In this document: piece after piece, positions 27,616 to 35,375 of the stretch
How positions within the stretch are numbered: the first letter of the stretch is position 1
Layout: each line of letters opens with the position of its first letter
From: a virus
DNA: 64,000 bases
Strand: one strand, 5' to 3'
Virus record (IMG/VR): IMGVR_UViG_3300032288_003197
Coordinates: 8,340-72,339 of that record
Translations under genes and position numbers: made by a program
Notes under the pieces: generated by a model
The model's input: the letters and a program-made list of their open reading frames with translations, nothing else
Databases searched by the model: none
What the model was told of the DNA's origin: nothing

Positions 27616-28071
27616 TTAGATATTAACAGAAAGTGAAGGACGGTGAGTTTCGTATTTGATGAGAGCCCCGTTTTCACCATCTTCGGAGACCTCAATCCAG
27701 ACCGCACGGTCAGGATAGCGTGATGCAATTTGAATGTACAGATCGTCTGCCATCATTTCGCAAGATTTGTAATCGAGTTGGAGTGTGCCCGACTCGTAGA
27801 GTTTTTGGAGCCATCGTTTGAATTGGATGAACTCGATGTCTCGATCGTTGTGTACGACATCGATCCACACCCGGAAGTGGAAGATATGACGGTGAGGGCT
27901 ACCAAGGAAACTAACATCATACTCATCGCCCGTCGCAAGTTCGGGCGCTGTGGCGGCTGCTGGGTAACAGTGGATTCCTTCTTTTTGGAAGGTAACCCAG
28001 ATTTTTCGTTCTGCATGTTGCATGATCCTTTCTTTTTGTTCTACCAGTGCTTGTTCTCGTTGTGTGTTCAT
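27616..28071 (-). CDS. dpdL: QueD-paralog T-fold protein, DpdL-like (CDG decarboxylase candidate)
   Basis: FLGSPHRHIF fits the LxxxHRHxF signature as I recall it for DpdL; also SCE and VSEDGENG; located next to dpdA. Confidence 0.7.
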   Translation of the reverse strand: MNTQREQALVEQKERIMQHAERKIWVTFQKEGIHCYPAAATAPELATGDEYDVSFLGSPHRHIFHFRVWIDVVHNDRDIEFIQFKRWLQKLYESGTLQLDYKSCEMMADDLYIQIASRYPDRAVWIEVSEDGENGALIKYETHRPSLSVNI

Positions 28072-28481
28072 GATTTTAATGCTTCCAGGGTTATGATTTG
28101 ACCAATGGCTTGGCCAAGATCTTGATTGTCACCGATTACATGTAGTTCATACACACTGTCTCCGGTGCGTCGATCAGGTCTACGTGTTTCAATCACTGTG
28201 CCACCATTGGCACGATACACTTCAAATCTGATGCCAGTGGCGCTGATTCTACAGGTGTCTTCTGATATTGCAATATCTTCTTGACGCTGATGGTCATCGG
28301 CCAGGCTCCAGGTGACCAAGCCTCTGATGATTCGCTTAAACATATTGGGTCCTTTTGTTTGATATTTTCTTACTGGTTTGACTGCGGTACCGGTACTGAT
28401 GGCGGTGCCATAGATTTTGTTCATTCTATGTTGTTTGCTACTGGTTTTAGCACCTATAACTTGTGGATATGTTGCCATCAC
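28068..28481 (-). CDS. hypothetical protein
   Basis: Coupled ORF; start uncertain. Confidence 0.6.
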   Translation of the reverse strand: MMATYPQVIGAKTSSKQHRMNKIYGTAISTGTAVKPVRKYQTKGPNMFKRIIRGLVTWSLADDHQRQEDIAISEDTCRISATGIRFEVYRANGGTVIETRRPDRRTGDSVYELHVIGDNQDLGQAIGQIITLEALKS

Positions 28482-28993
28482 AGCACCCGATCTTTGGTGT
28501 ATTCGGACCAGTCGGTGAACTGTGATCTGGTCATCAGGTCATGAATGCTGTGACACCAAACACCAGGGTTGGAATGATCAAAGTCGGTATCATCCAGTTT
28601 GAGAGTGGCATTGTAGCCCAGCAAACCAATGTAAGGCAATTTGGCTGAAATCATGGGAATAAAATATCTGTTCTCACACAGGCCAGATTCGGCTAGACCT
28701 TCCACACAACTGATGTCTAGATCCAATGTACATTGAATATTTTTTCCCAGAAAGTGAAAAATCATGAGTTCCCACTTGGCCCATTCGCCGCCATCATTGA
28801 CTTTAAGATTGGGAAAACTGTGATTGGCACCAAAATAAATGTGCTCAATACTGTGATTCTCATCTAGATATTTTTGAATATCAGCAACCGACTGGACTCC
28901 CACAACAAACAGAGTTGTTTTACCATGTGCAGGTGTGCGCTCAACTTCGGTGCCAATAAAAAAGTTGGCTGTTTCGTGCCCGTGTCTATTCAT
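28478..28993 (-). CDS. hypothetical protein downstream of dpdA
   Basis: FFIGTEVERTPA, HIYFGANHSF, NPGVWCHS; coupled to dpdA. Confidence 0.7.
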   Translation of the reverse strand: MNRHGHETANFFIGTEVERTPAHGKTTLFVVGVQSVADIQKYLDENHSIEHIYFGANHSFPNLKVNDGGEWAKWELMIFHFLGKNIQCTLDLDISCVEGLAESGLCENRYFIPMISAKLPYIGLLGYNATLKLDDTDFDHSNPGVWCHSIHDLMTRSQFTDWSEYTKDRVL

Positions 28994-30557
28994 TGTGAAT
29001 CGCTTTTTCCATTTGATCCAATGTGGTAGTGTCTAATATTACACTATCATCGCTGGTGTTGTCAACATCATCTTCTTCAAAACTGAACAGTGCATTGAAT
29101 TGAGTACGAGCATTCTTGGTTTTCTTGCCTTTGAAACCTCGTGTGCCCACAATCTCCATCCAATACGTATCGTACAATTCTATAATATCTTCGGCAGTTT
29201 GTCTATCCGGTGCGGCAAATATGGCTTCCACAATATCTTCAAATCGAGCATAGTCTCCGGTGCTACGACGCATCATGGCCGGATGTTCTCCTGCATCAAA
29301 ACGTCGATTGGCTTCTTGCACAGCGGTCAGGTGCATGTAAACATTGTGGCCCATTAGCAACGCATAACTGAAACTATCCCACGACGTTTTGCCTTCCTTG
29401 CCGTTTTTATTTAGATCGCCAGGCCGGTAGATACAGATATCTTTCATCTGCAACATGTTGCTGATGGGACTGTCTTGCCAACGTGGATAGATGCCGTCTG
29501 CAACTACCCCTTGTGCCCAAGGTCTTGTGTCTGTGGCGTATTTTTTGTCATCGGCTGAAGGAGCCATGCGATACGACCACTTTGAGTCGTGTTCAAATAC
29601 GTTTTCAAAGTAGACCTGTCCGTTTGCTGTTGCAAGGAACGGTGAGGCGCAGTCAAACGAGATTGTGAATTGTGGATTGACATATTTTCTTACGGCCCTT
29701 TGGATCACAGTTAATAAAACAGCCCACTCCAGTTTGGAGGTTCCCAAGAAGTGCATCCAGTCATGAACACCTTCTTGAAGTAGATTGTCGTAGCGCAGAG
29801 CCACCAGGCGTTTGAGCACCAGGTGCACGTCGCACATGTTCTGGCCGCCCATGGCCCAACCGTCAAAGTGAGTGTTGGGATACTTTACAGGGTCACAGTA
29901 CTCTTTCATGATCTGGTACCATTCTTCAGCAGATGTGTGATTGTCGCCCTGCAACACATTCAAGAATCGGGCGCCGCCATTGTTCTTGCCCCGGCGGTTG
30001 GCCATGAAGTATTCGTTGTTGAACTTGGTGGCTGCCACTGCTTCTTCCAGTGTGGTGATACCGCACGCCTGGCTGGCTTCTCGACTGTGTATGACCCATG
30101 TGGGGATATCCAAGATCATGCCATAGTCGGCCACATTGTCCAGCCAATTCAGAACGAGTTGCCGCTTCTTTTGGGCCCGAGCACAACCCGAGTTGGCCTT
30201 CCAATCTCCTTCCCAAAGTCCCTTAGCAATCTGAAAGCCGCCCGAGTCTCCCAATATAAAAGTCCCAGGTTCCCGGTTTCGTACCATGTCCTCTGACCAG
30301 TCCTGCTTGGCAAGATCAAGGTTGGCATGTCCACCCGAATAAAGCGACCACTTGTAAGGAAACAAGCCTTTGGTAGAGTTGAGCCAATTAAGTTGTTCCA
30401 TATCCGTGAGGCCCTGCGGAAATCGTGCGGGATCCACATAAGGTTCATTCCTTTGCTTGCCTATGAATGTGGCATAGAAGCCGGAGATAGCCGGAAGAAA
30501 CACAGCATAGTCCAACTGCTTGGCAGTCAAGTTGTCTCGAACTACGGGCTCGGTCAT
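28986..30557 (-). CDS. dpdA: TGT-like DNA guanine transglycosylase (DpdA family)
   Basis: GDSGGFQ, MILDIP, NVLQG, GWAMGG, HFLG and SFDCAS TGT motifs, in folE/queD/queE context. Confidence 0.85.
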   Translation of the reverse strand: MTEPVVRDNLTAKQLDYAVFLPAISGFYATFIGKQRNEPYVDPARFPQGLTDMEQLNWLNSTKGLFPYKWSLYSGGHANLDLAKQDWSEDMVRNREPGTFILGDSGGFQIAKGLWEGDWKANSGCARAQKKRQLVLNWLDNVADYGMILDIPTWVIHSREASQACGITTLEEAVAATKFNNEYFMANRRGKNNGGARFLNVLQGDNHTSAEEWYQIMKEYCDPVKYPNTHFDGWAMGGQNMCDVHLVLKRLVALRYDNLLQEGVHDWMHFLGTSKLEWAVLLTVIQRAVRKYVNPQFTISFDCASPFLATANGQVYFENVFEHDSKWSYRMAPSADDKKYATDTRPWAQGVVADGIYPRWQDSPISNMLQMKDICIYRPGDLNKNGKEGKTSWDSFSYALLMGHNVYMHLTAVQEANRRFDAGEHPAMMRRSTGDYARFEDIVEAIFAAPDRQTAEDIIELYDTYWMEIVGTRGFKGKKTKNARTQFNALFSFEEDDVDNTSDDSVILDTTTLDQMEKAIHNE

Positions 30558-31279
30558 TACTTGCTTTGTGCAGGAAGGGTGTAGTTATAAACTGCCAGGC
30601 CAGAATCCACAGTGATTTCAGCGGCACCATCATCCGAGATGCGTACTTTCTTGTCACCGGTCAAGTCCATGATGCTGACAAATTGCTTGGCGGGCCAGGA
30701 CCATGCACGTTTGAGTTGGCCGCTTACGCCAGGGTGGAACACAAAGTTGCCCGAGTGCGTGGAGTGATCACCAAAGAAGAATTTGAGATCACCGCCATCG
30801 GTCTTGGCTTGGAAGTTGGCTTCTTCTGCGTTGGCGCTCATCTGCCACTTCAGTCTCTGAATGGCAGCATTGGTGGGTTCAAACTCAATGTGCCAAGTCA
30901 CAGGACGAATCTTGGCAGTTTTGAGTTTTTCTTTTACCACTCCCGACGCCATGAAGCGATAGTTGTTTTTAAAGTCGCCCACTTTGTTTTCAAAGTTGAT
31001 ACCATCGGGTTCACCAGTTGAGCCTTTGGTGATACTGAGTTTGCTGTCTTCACGATACTCTTGCAAGTTCAGCAGTGTTTTGAGTTTGCCTAGATTGGGC
31101 ATACCAAATGTTCCCACGAAGTCGGCCACAGGGTTGTGAAAGTTGCCGCGAATCACAACACTCAGGTCTTCGGCCAGACCCACAATTTCAGTTTTGCTGG
31201 TATCGCCAACAATTTTGATCAAGTCAATGCAGCCAAGATCATAAGTGTGTTCTACTAAATCTAACAGGTAATCTCTCAT
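30557..31279 (-). CDS. putative sliding clamp (gp45/PCNA-like)
   Basis: 240 aa alpha/beta protein ending YNYTLPA, close to PolB; call rests on size and context. Confidence 0.5.
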   Translation of the reverse strand: MRDYLLDLVEHTYDLGCIDLIKIVGDTSKTEIVGLAEDLSVVIRGNFHNPVADFVGTFGMPNLGKLKTLLNLQEYREDSKLSITKGSTGEPDGINFENKVGDFKNNYRFMASGVVKEKLKTAKIRPVTWHIEFEPTNAAIQRLKWQMSANAEEANFQAKTDGGDLKFFFGDHSTHSGNFVFHPGVSGQLKRAWSWPAKQFVSIMDLTGDKKVRISDDGAAEITVDSGLAVYNYTLPAQSK

Positions 31280-31310
31280 GTGTTTCTCCTAATGTTAAAG
31301 TGTACAGGAA

Positions 31311-32255
31311 TCATGTTGTTTTTGCAACAACTTTGGCCAAAGTCTGGCCGCCTCGTAGACTGGACAAGTCGCCAGGCTTTTTGAATTCAAACCAACTTAC
31401 GTCTCCTTGACCATCATAGGCTTCACGCAGTTCAAACCCCAGTGCCACAGCATGTGCTTCGATCATTCTGCGCGGTGTGTACATCATCCATGCATGTTCA
31501 GCACGTATCACACCGTATGCAAGATCGCAGTTGTTGTAGGTCATGATCACTACACCGCCGGGCCGCAATTTTTCAAAAAACTCATCTAGAAATTTGCATA
31601 TGATTGGCACGGGTTTGTGATTGAAATAGTTGTAGGCAAATATTGCACCAAATTGATTGTTGGGCAGTTGGTGCAGTATTGGCCCCGGTGCCCAATCATT
31701 TATCACGTACTCACGCAGTCTGCGTTGATATGCAGGAGTAAATTTTTCAATGGCTGGTTGCATGAGTTCTGACTTGTGATCAACCACATACAGTGGATCC
31801 AACGGAACCATGTCTTCAATATAGTTTTCAAGGCCGGGCCGCAGAATCATGCCCGGCAGTCGCCAGTCAGTGATGTTTCTTAGATGAGTTCTCAAGCGTA
31901 GATCATCTTCGCTGTCAATACCCATGCGCCGTGCAAATATAGCATTTGCAGAGTCACGCCAGTGCTCTTCAAGATAGATATGCATGCTTTTCTCAAGATA
32001 CTCATGTTCTCCAATGGCTATTTGTTGTTTTAAAGTTTGTTTTAAATTTTCTACCTGGTCGGCAAATTTGTCAATTGAGTATGAAATATCACTGTAAGTG
32101 CTATCAATCAGTTTTGATATGCCTTCAAATTGATCTGCATGTTCAGCAACGGTGTGACGAATGTGGTTGATTTTACCAACCGCAGTCACACACTCACTTC
32201 TAACATCAAGTGAGTCTAACAAATTGAGATAGGCAACTAATTTACTGAGCTTCAT
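31311..32255 (-). CDS. class I SAM-dependent methyltransferase-like protein with N-terminal coiled coil
   Basis: QFGAIFAYNYF ... KLRPGGVVIMT (post-II/III motifs); motif I is degenerate. Confidence 0.6.
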   Translation of the reverse strand: MKLSKLVAYLNLLDSLDVRSECVTAVGKINHIRHTVAEHADQFEGISKLIDSTYSDISYSIDKFADQVENLKQTLKQQIAIGEHEYLEKSMHIYLEEHWRDSANAIFARRMGIDSEDDLRLRTHLRNITDWRLPGMILRPGLENYIEDMVPLDPLYVVDHKSELMQPAIEKFTPAYQRRLREYVINDWAPGPILHQLPNNQFGAIFAYNYFNHKPVPIICKFLDEFFEKLRPGGVVIMTYNNCDLAYGVIRAEHAWMMYTPRRMIEAHAVALGFELREAYDGQGDVSWFEFKKPGDLSSLRGGQTLAKVVAKTT

Positions 32256-34912
32256 TCAAATTCAAACAAACTACTAAATGTATTTTCTGTGTTGGTTGCA
32301 CTTGCAAGATCCCAATCCAACACACCCAACAAGTTGTCAACTTTGCCATCCACCACAGTTGCCTCCATCTCTCCGTCATCAAACGGCAAAGACGTAAACC
32401 AACTTGGCAATCTTTGTTCATCTGTTGGATAACCAATTGAAGTCCAACCTAGAGCATTGCTTCTTAGTTTGCAAACAATAGTTTTCATGCCATCCACAAT
32501 CTGCATACTATAGTTGTCGCCATTCATCTTGCGCATGTTGTTCCAGTTGATTGCGGCTCGCACATGCCCGGGCATGTTGGCTTTGCCAAGTCTTGCTTCC
32601 TCTGCTGAATACTTGGTCAAGTTGTTCACACGCTTGGGGCTACCCTTTTCCCAACCTGGACGTTCTTTGAACTCGTATTTGAATTCACGGATGCGTTCCA
32701 CAATCTCATCTCGACCTGCACCAGCAAGTAGTTTATTTAGAATTTCCAACAAGAAGTCTTGAATTACCTTGGGGGTATCTGAGCGTTTAAGGTCAAGTCC
32801 TGTGGCTTTGGTTTTGCCAATTGAGCCATTGACATCAAGACGCTTGCCTTCGATGTCAATGGCGTTGACAGCATAACGCTTTTTTGTGATAAACAAGCCA
32901 CGGTCTGCCACAGTTTCACGACCGCATTTGATCAGTTCACCCATGTCTCGGGGGCAGTGGAACGCCTGTTCCATAAAGCCCGGGAAACTCGAGTTGACTT
33001 GGTCAGCAAGGCTGTCATACAGTTGAATACAAGTCTCTTTTGACCACGCCATACGTCCTTCTTCAACTTCCTTCTTAAGCGCGGGCCATGCTGAAAAATA
33101 ACATGAGTCCGTATCTCCATATATGACTGCTTTTCCAACATGATCATACTCGCCCGTGATGAGTTCGTTAAGATAAGCATCCATGTGTTTTGCAATCGAA
33201 CGACCAGTAAGAGTGGTGGACTGCCCAATACGTTTGTCAAAGAACCTACAGCCAGGATTAAGAATAGCACCGTACAAACTGTTGAGGTTAATCTTTTTAA
33301 CTAACTGACGCTTGTCCCAGAATGCAATTTCTTTGGCATCTTTGGCTTCCTTCTTCTTGGCCTGCAATTCCTTACGTTCCGAATACCAACGCTCTAGCAA
33401 GCCGGGGATGATGCCCTTCTTCTCAAATGTGAGAATAGTGCCGTTGGCAGTCAATATCCACGGCTGGTTACTATCAAAGATAATGTTCCAGATTTCTGCG
33501 GCTGAGTGTACACTTTCTTCGCCGTTTTCCCAGTCAATGGTGATCTCAGTGCCGCGTTCTTGATTCATCACAGCAGTGTATTCAAGACAAGCAAACAAAC
33601 CTTCCCAAGCAGCCGCAAAGCTCTGACCCTTGGCCATGTTGTTTTTGATCAACTGGTTGGTCATCACAGGGCGCAGTTGACCCACAATGGTTTCTGGTCC
33701 CATGTTGCAGGCACGAATCGCACTGGGGTATAGGCTGTTGATGTCCACTGACCCAATCCATTCATGCACACCTTTCTTGGGATAGGCCACATAAGCACCT
33801 GCGGCCTGTGTGTCTTCATCTGTAAGGCGTTGCTTGCGGTTAGGCACAACCATGCCACGTTCATGTGCTTCGTTGATGATGGCTTGTTCAGTCACTGCCA
33901 CGGCACCCATGGTGGTCTGTAATAACACAGTGTTGGCATGTGCCAGTTCGTTGGCCAGATCCAAAAAGCGCAACTTCTTGTCTAGTTTACCAATCAGTGC
34001 AGTGTCTTGGCGGTTGTATTCAATGAACGTTCGGAAGTGCTGGTTGTACAGTTGATCCAGTGTGCCTTCAAACTGTGTCTTGCGTTCGCCCAGTTCGTAT
34101 TCACAAATAGCATCCAAGCTGTATGAATGGCGTTCTTCGTATGTGTACTTGCGATACAGTTGCATATAGTCCATATGCACACGACCGATCAAATCATAAG
34201 TTTCGTTTTCAGCGCCAAAGCGTTCAAACATGCGCTTCTTGGGCAGTTGCCCCCACAAGCAGAATTTACGTGTGTCATCTTTTGACAGCACACGCACACA
34301 TCTGTTGACAGTATAAGGAATATCATAGCCCTCTGAGTTCCAACCACTCAGCACATCGGCGTCGTCAATCAAGTCAAGGAATGTCTTGATCATTTCAGCT
34401 TCGTCTTCAAACAAAATAGTGTTGTCAAAGTCTTTGACCAACTCATGTGCAGTTTCCCAACTTAGATGTCGGGGCGGTACTGCCAATGTAACAAGTTGAT
34501 CTAACCAATCAAGGTAAACTGAAATAGCGGTGATAGGATTGAATGGATCCTCAACTGGTGAGAAACCACGCTCTTTGTCAAATGCAACCTCGATGTCGAA
34601 AAAAGCTGTGTGTAGTTCAGGGGCGTCAGCACCTTTGTAGTTTTCTTCAAGACATCGGAATATGGGATTGATGTCTGATTCATAAAGTTGCTTGCCGCTG
34701 TGAATACGGACTTCCTTGCGGAACTCTTTGTTATTGCGTGTAGAAAATCTTGATACGGGTGTGCCGTAGATGCTGCGAAACTTTCCACGTGGATCATCGT
34801 AATAGAAAATGTAATTTGCTGGATACTCTTTGTAGACTCGCACGCCGTCACGGCGTTCCACAGTATGAATGCGATCGTGTTCACGATCAAATAGTGCGTC
34901 AATATAACTCAT
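32252..34912 (-). CDS. polB: family B DNA polymerase
   Basis: FFDIEV, GWNSEGYDIPY, DINSLYPS, KINLNSLYG, YGDTDS, KKRY. Confidence 0.97.
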   Translation of the reverse strand: MSYIDALFDREHDRIHTVERRDGVRVYKEYPANYIFYYDDPRGKFRSIYGTPVSRFSTRNNKEFRKEVRIHSGKQLYESDINPIFRCLEENYKGADAPELHTAFFDIEVAFDKERGFSPVEDPFNPITAISVYLDWLDQLVTLAVPPRHLSWETAHELVKDFDNTILFEDEAEMIKTFLDLIDDADVLSGWNSEGYDIPYTVNRCVRVLSKDDTRKFCLWGQLPKKRMFERFGAENETYDLIGRVHMDYMQLYRKYTYEERHSYSLDAICEYELGERKTQFEGTLDQLYNQHFRTFIEYNRQDTALIGKLDKKLRFLDLANELAHANTVLLQTTMGAVAVTEQAIINEAHERGMVVPNRKQRLTDEDTQAAGAYVAYPKKGVHEWIGSVDINSLYPSAIRACNMGPETIVGQLRPVMTNQLIKNNMAKGQSFAAAWEGLFACLEYTAVMNQERGTEITIDWENGEESVHSAAEIWNIIFDSNQPWILTANGTILTFEKKGIIPGLLERWYSERKELQAKKKEAKDAKEIAFWDKRQLVKKINLNSLYGAILNPGCRFFDKRIGQSTTLTGRSIAKHMDAYLNELITGEYDHVGKAVIYGDTDSCYFSAWPALKKEVEEGRMAWSKETCIQLYDSLADQVNSSFPGFMEQAFHCPRDMGELIKCGRETVADRGLFITKKRYAVNAIDIEGKRLDVNGSIGKTKATGLDLKRSDTPKVIQDFLLEILNKLLAGAGRDEIVERIREFKYEFKERPGWEKGSPKRVNNLTKYSAEEARLGKANMPGHVRAAINWNNMRKMNGDNYSMQIVDGMKTIVCKLRSNALGWTSIGYPTDEQRLPSWFTSLPFDDGEMEATVVDGKVDNLLGVLDWDLASATNTENTFSSLFEFE

Positions 34913-34984
34913 TGTTCTCCGTTTGTGGCCGGCTAGCCTTGATACATGCTCGTGACGTGAGCGACTCGTCTACTGAGTAGATAT

Positions 34985-35245
34985 TTATAGAGTTTTGCCC
35001 ACAGTTTCAAGAATTGTTTCCAGGGTCTCGTGGTCTTGCTTTTCTTTGCCGAATTCTGCTTTGTGAGCCAGCTTGATGGCTTTCTTGAGAATGGCAGGTT
35101 TGACTTCTAACTCTTCGGCCACAGCCTTGATGGTATCGTTGAGGCCACCTTGCAGCGTGTCAATCTCATGCATGACCTGCATGCCTTCGTTGATGATTTG
35201 AGTGAGTTTGACCTTTTGGTCACCGTTGAATGTTTTGGTTGACAT
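34985..35245 (-). CDS. small dsDNA-binding protein (T4 DsbA/GapR-like)
   Basis: Helical ~86 aa with IKAVAEELEVKPAILKKAIK pattern; AGGAG SD. Confidence 0.55.
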   Translation of the reverse strand: MSTKTFNGDQKVKLTQIINEGMQVMHEIDTLQGGLNDTIKAVAEELEVKPAILKKAIKLAHKAEFGKEKQDHETLETILETVGKTL

Positions 35246-35264
35246 AGACATCTCCTAAAGTGTT

Positions 35265-35292
35265 ATTATAACACTTATTTTGGAGATGTCAA
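35265..35292 (-). promoter_or_regulatory. sigma70 promoter for the replication operon
   Basis: TTGACA-N16-TATAAT with extended TG. Confidence 0.7.
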
Positions 35293-35300
35293 GGTGTATG

Positions 35301-35375
35301 TGCTCGTTTTGGACCTCAAGGTAGCGAATCTCTTGGTCCAGGCAGCAGCCGCCCACTCGGTCCTAAGGGCTGAGT
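35301..35375. ncRNA. candidate structured RNA containing rRNA-matching segments
   Basis: Two hairpins plus exact matches AAGGTAGCGAA and CGGTCCTAAGG (23S) and CAGCAGCCGC (16S) on the plus strand. Confidence 0.55.

Noticed and set aside
32252-34912. Intein or intron in polB
   Set aside because: Continuous 886-aa ORF with normal motif spacing and no intein signature.
35301-35375. Self-cleaving ribozyme, SRP RNA or true rRNA gene fragment
   Set aside because: It does not fit the HDV, pistol, twister-sister or SRP consensus as I recall them. The rRNA words are permuted and come from both subunits, so it is not a contiguous rRNA fragment.
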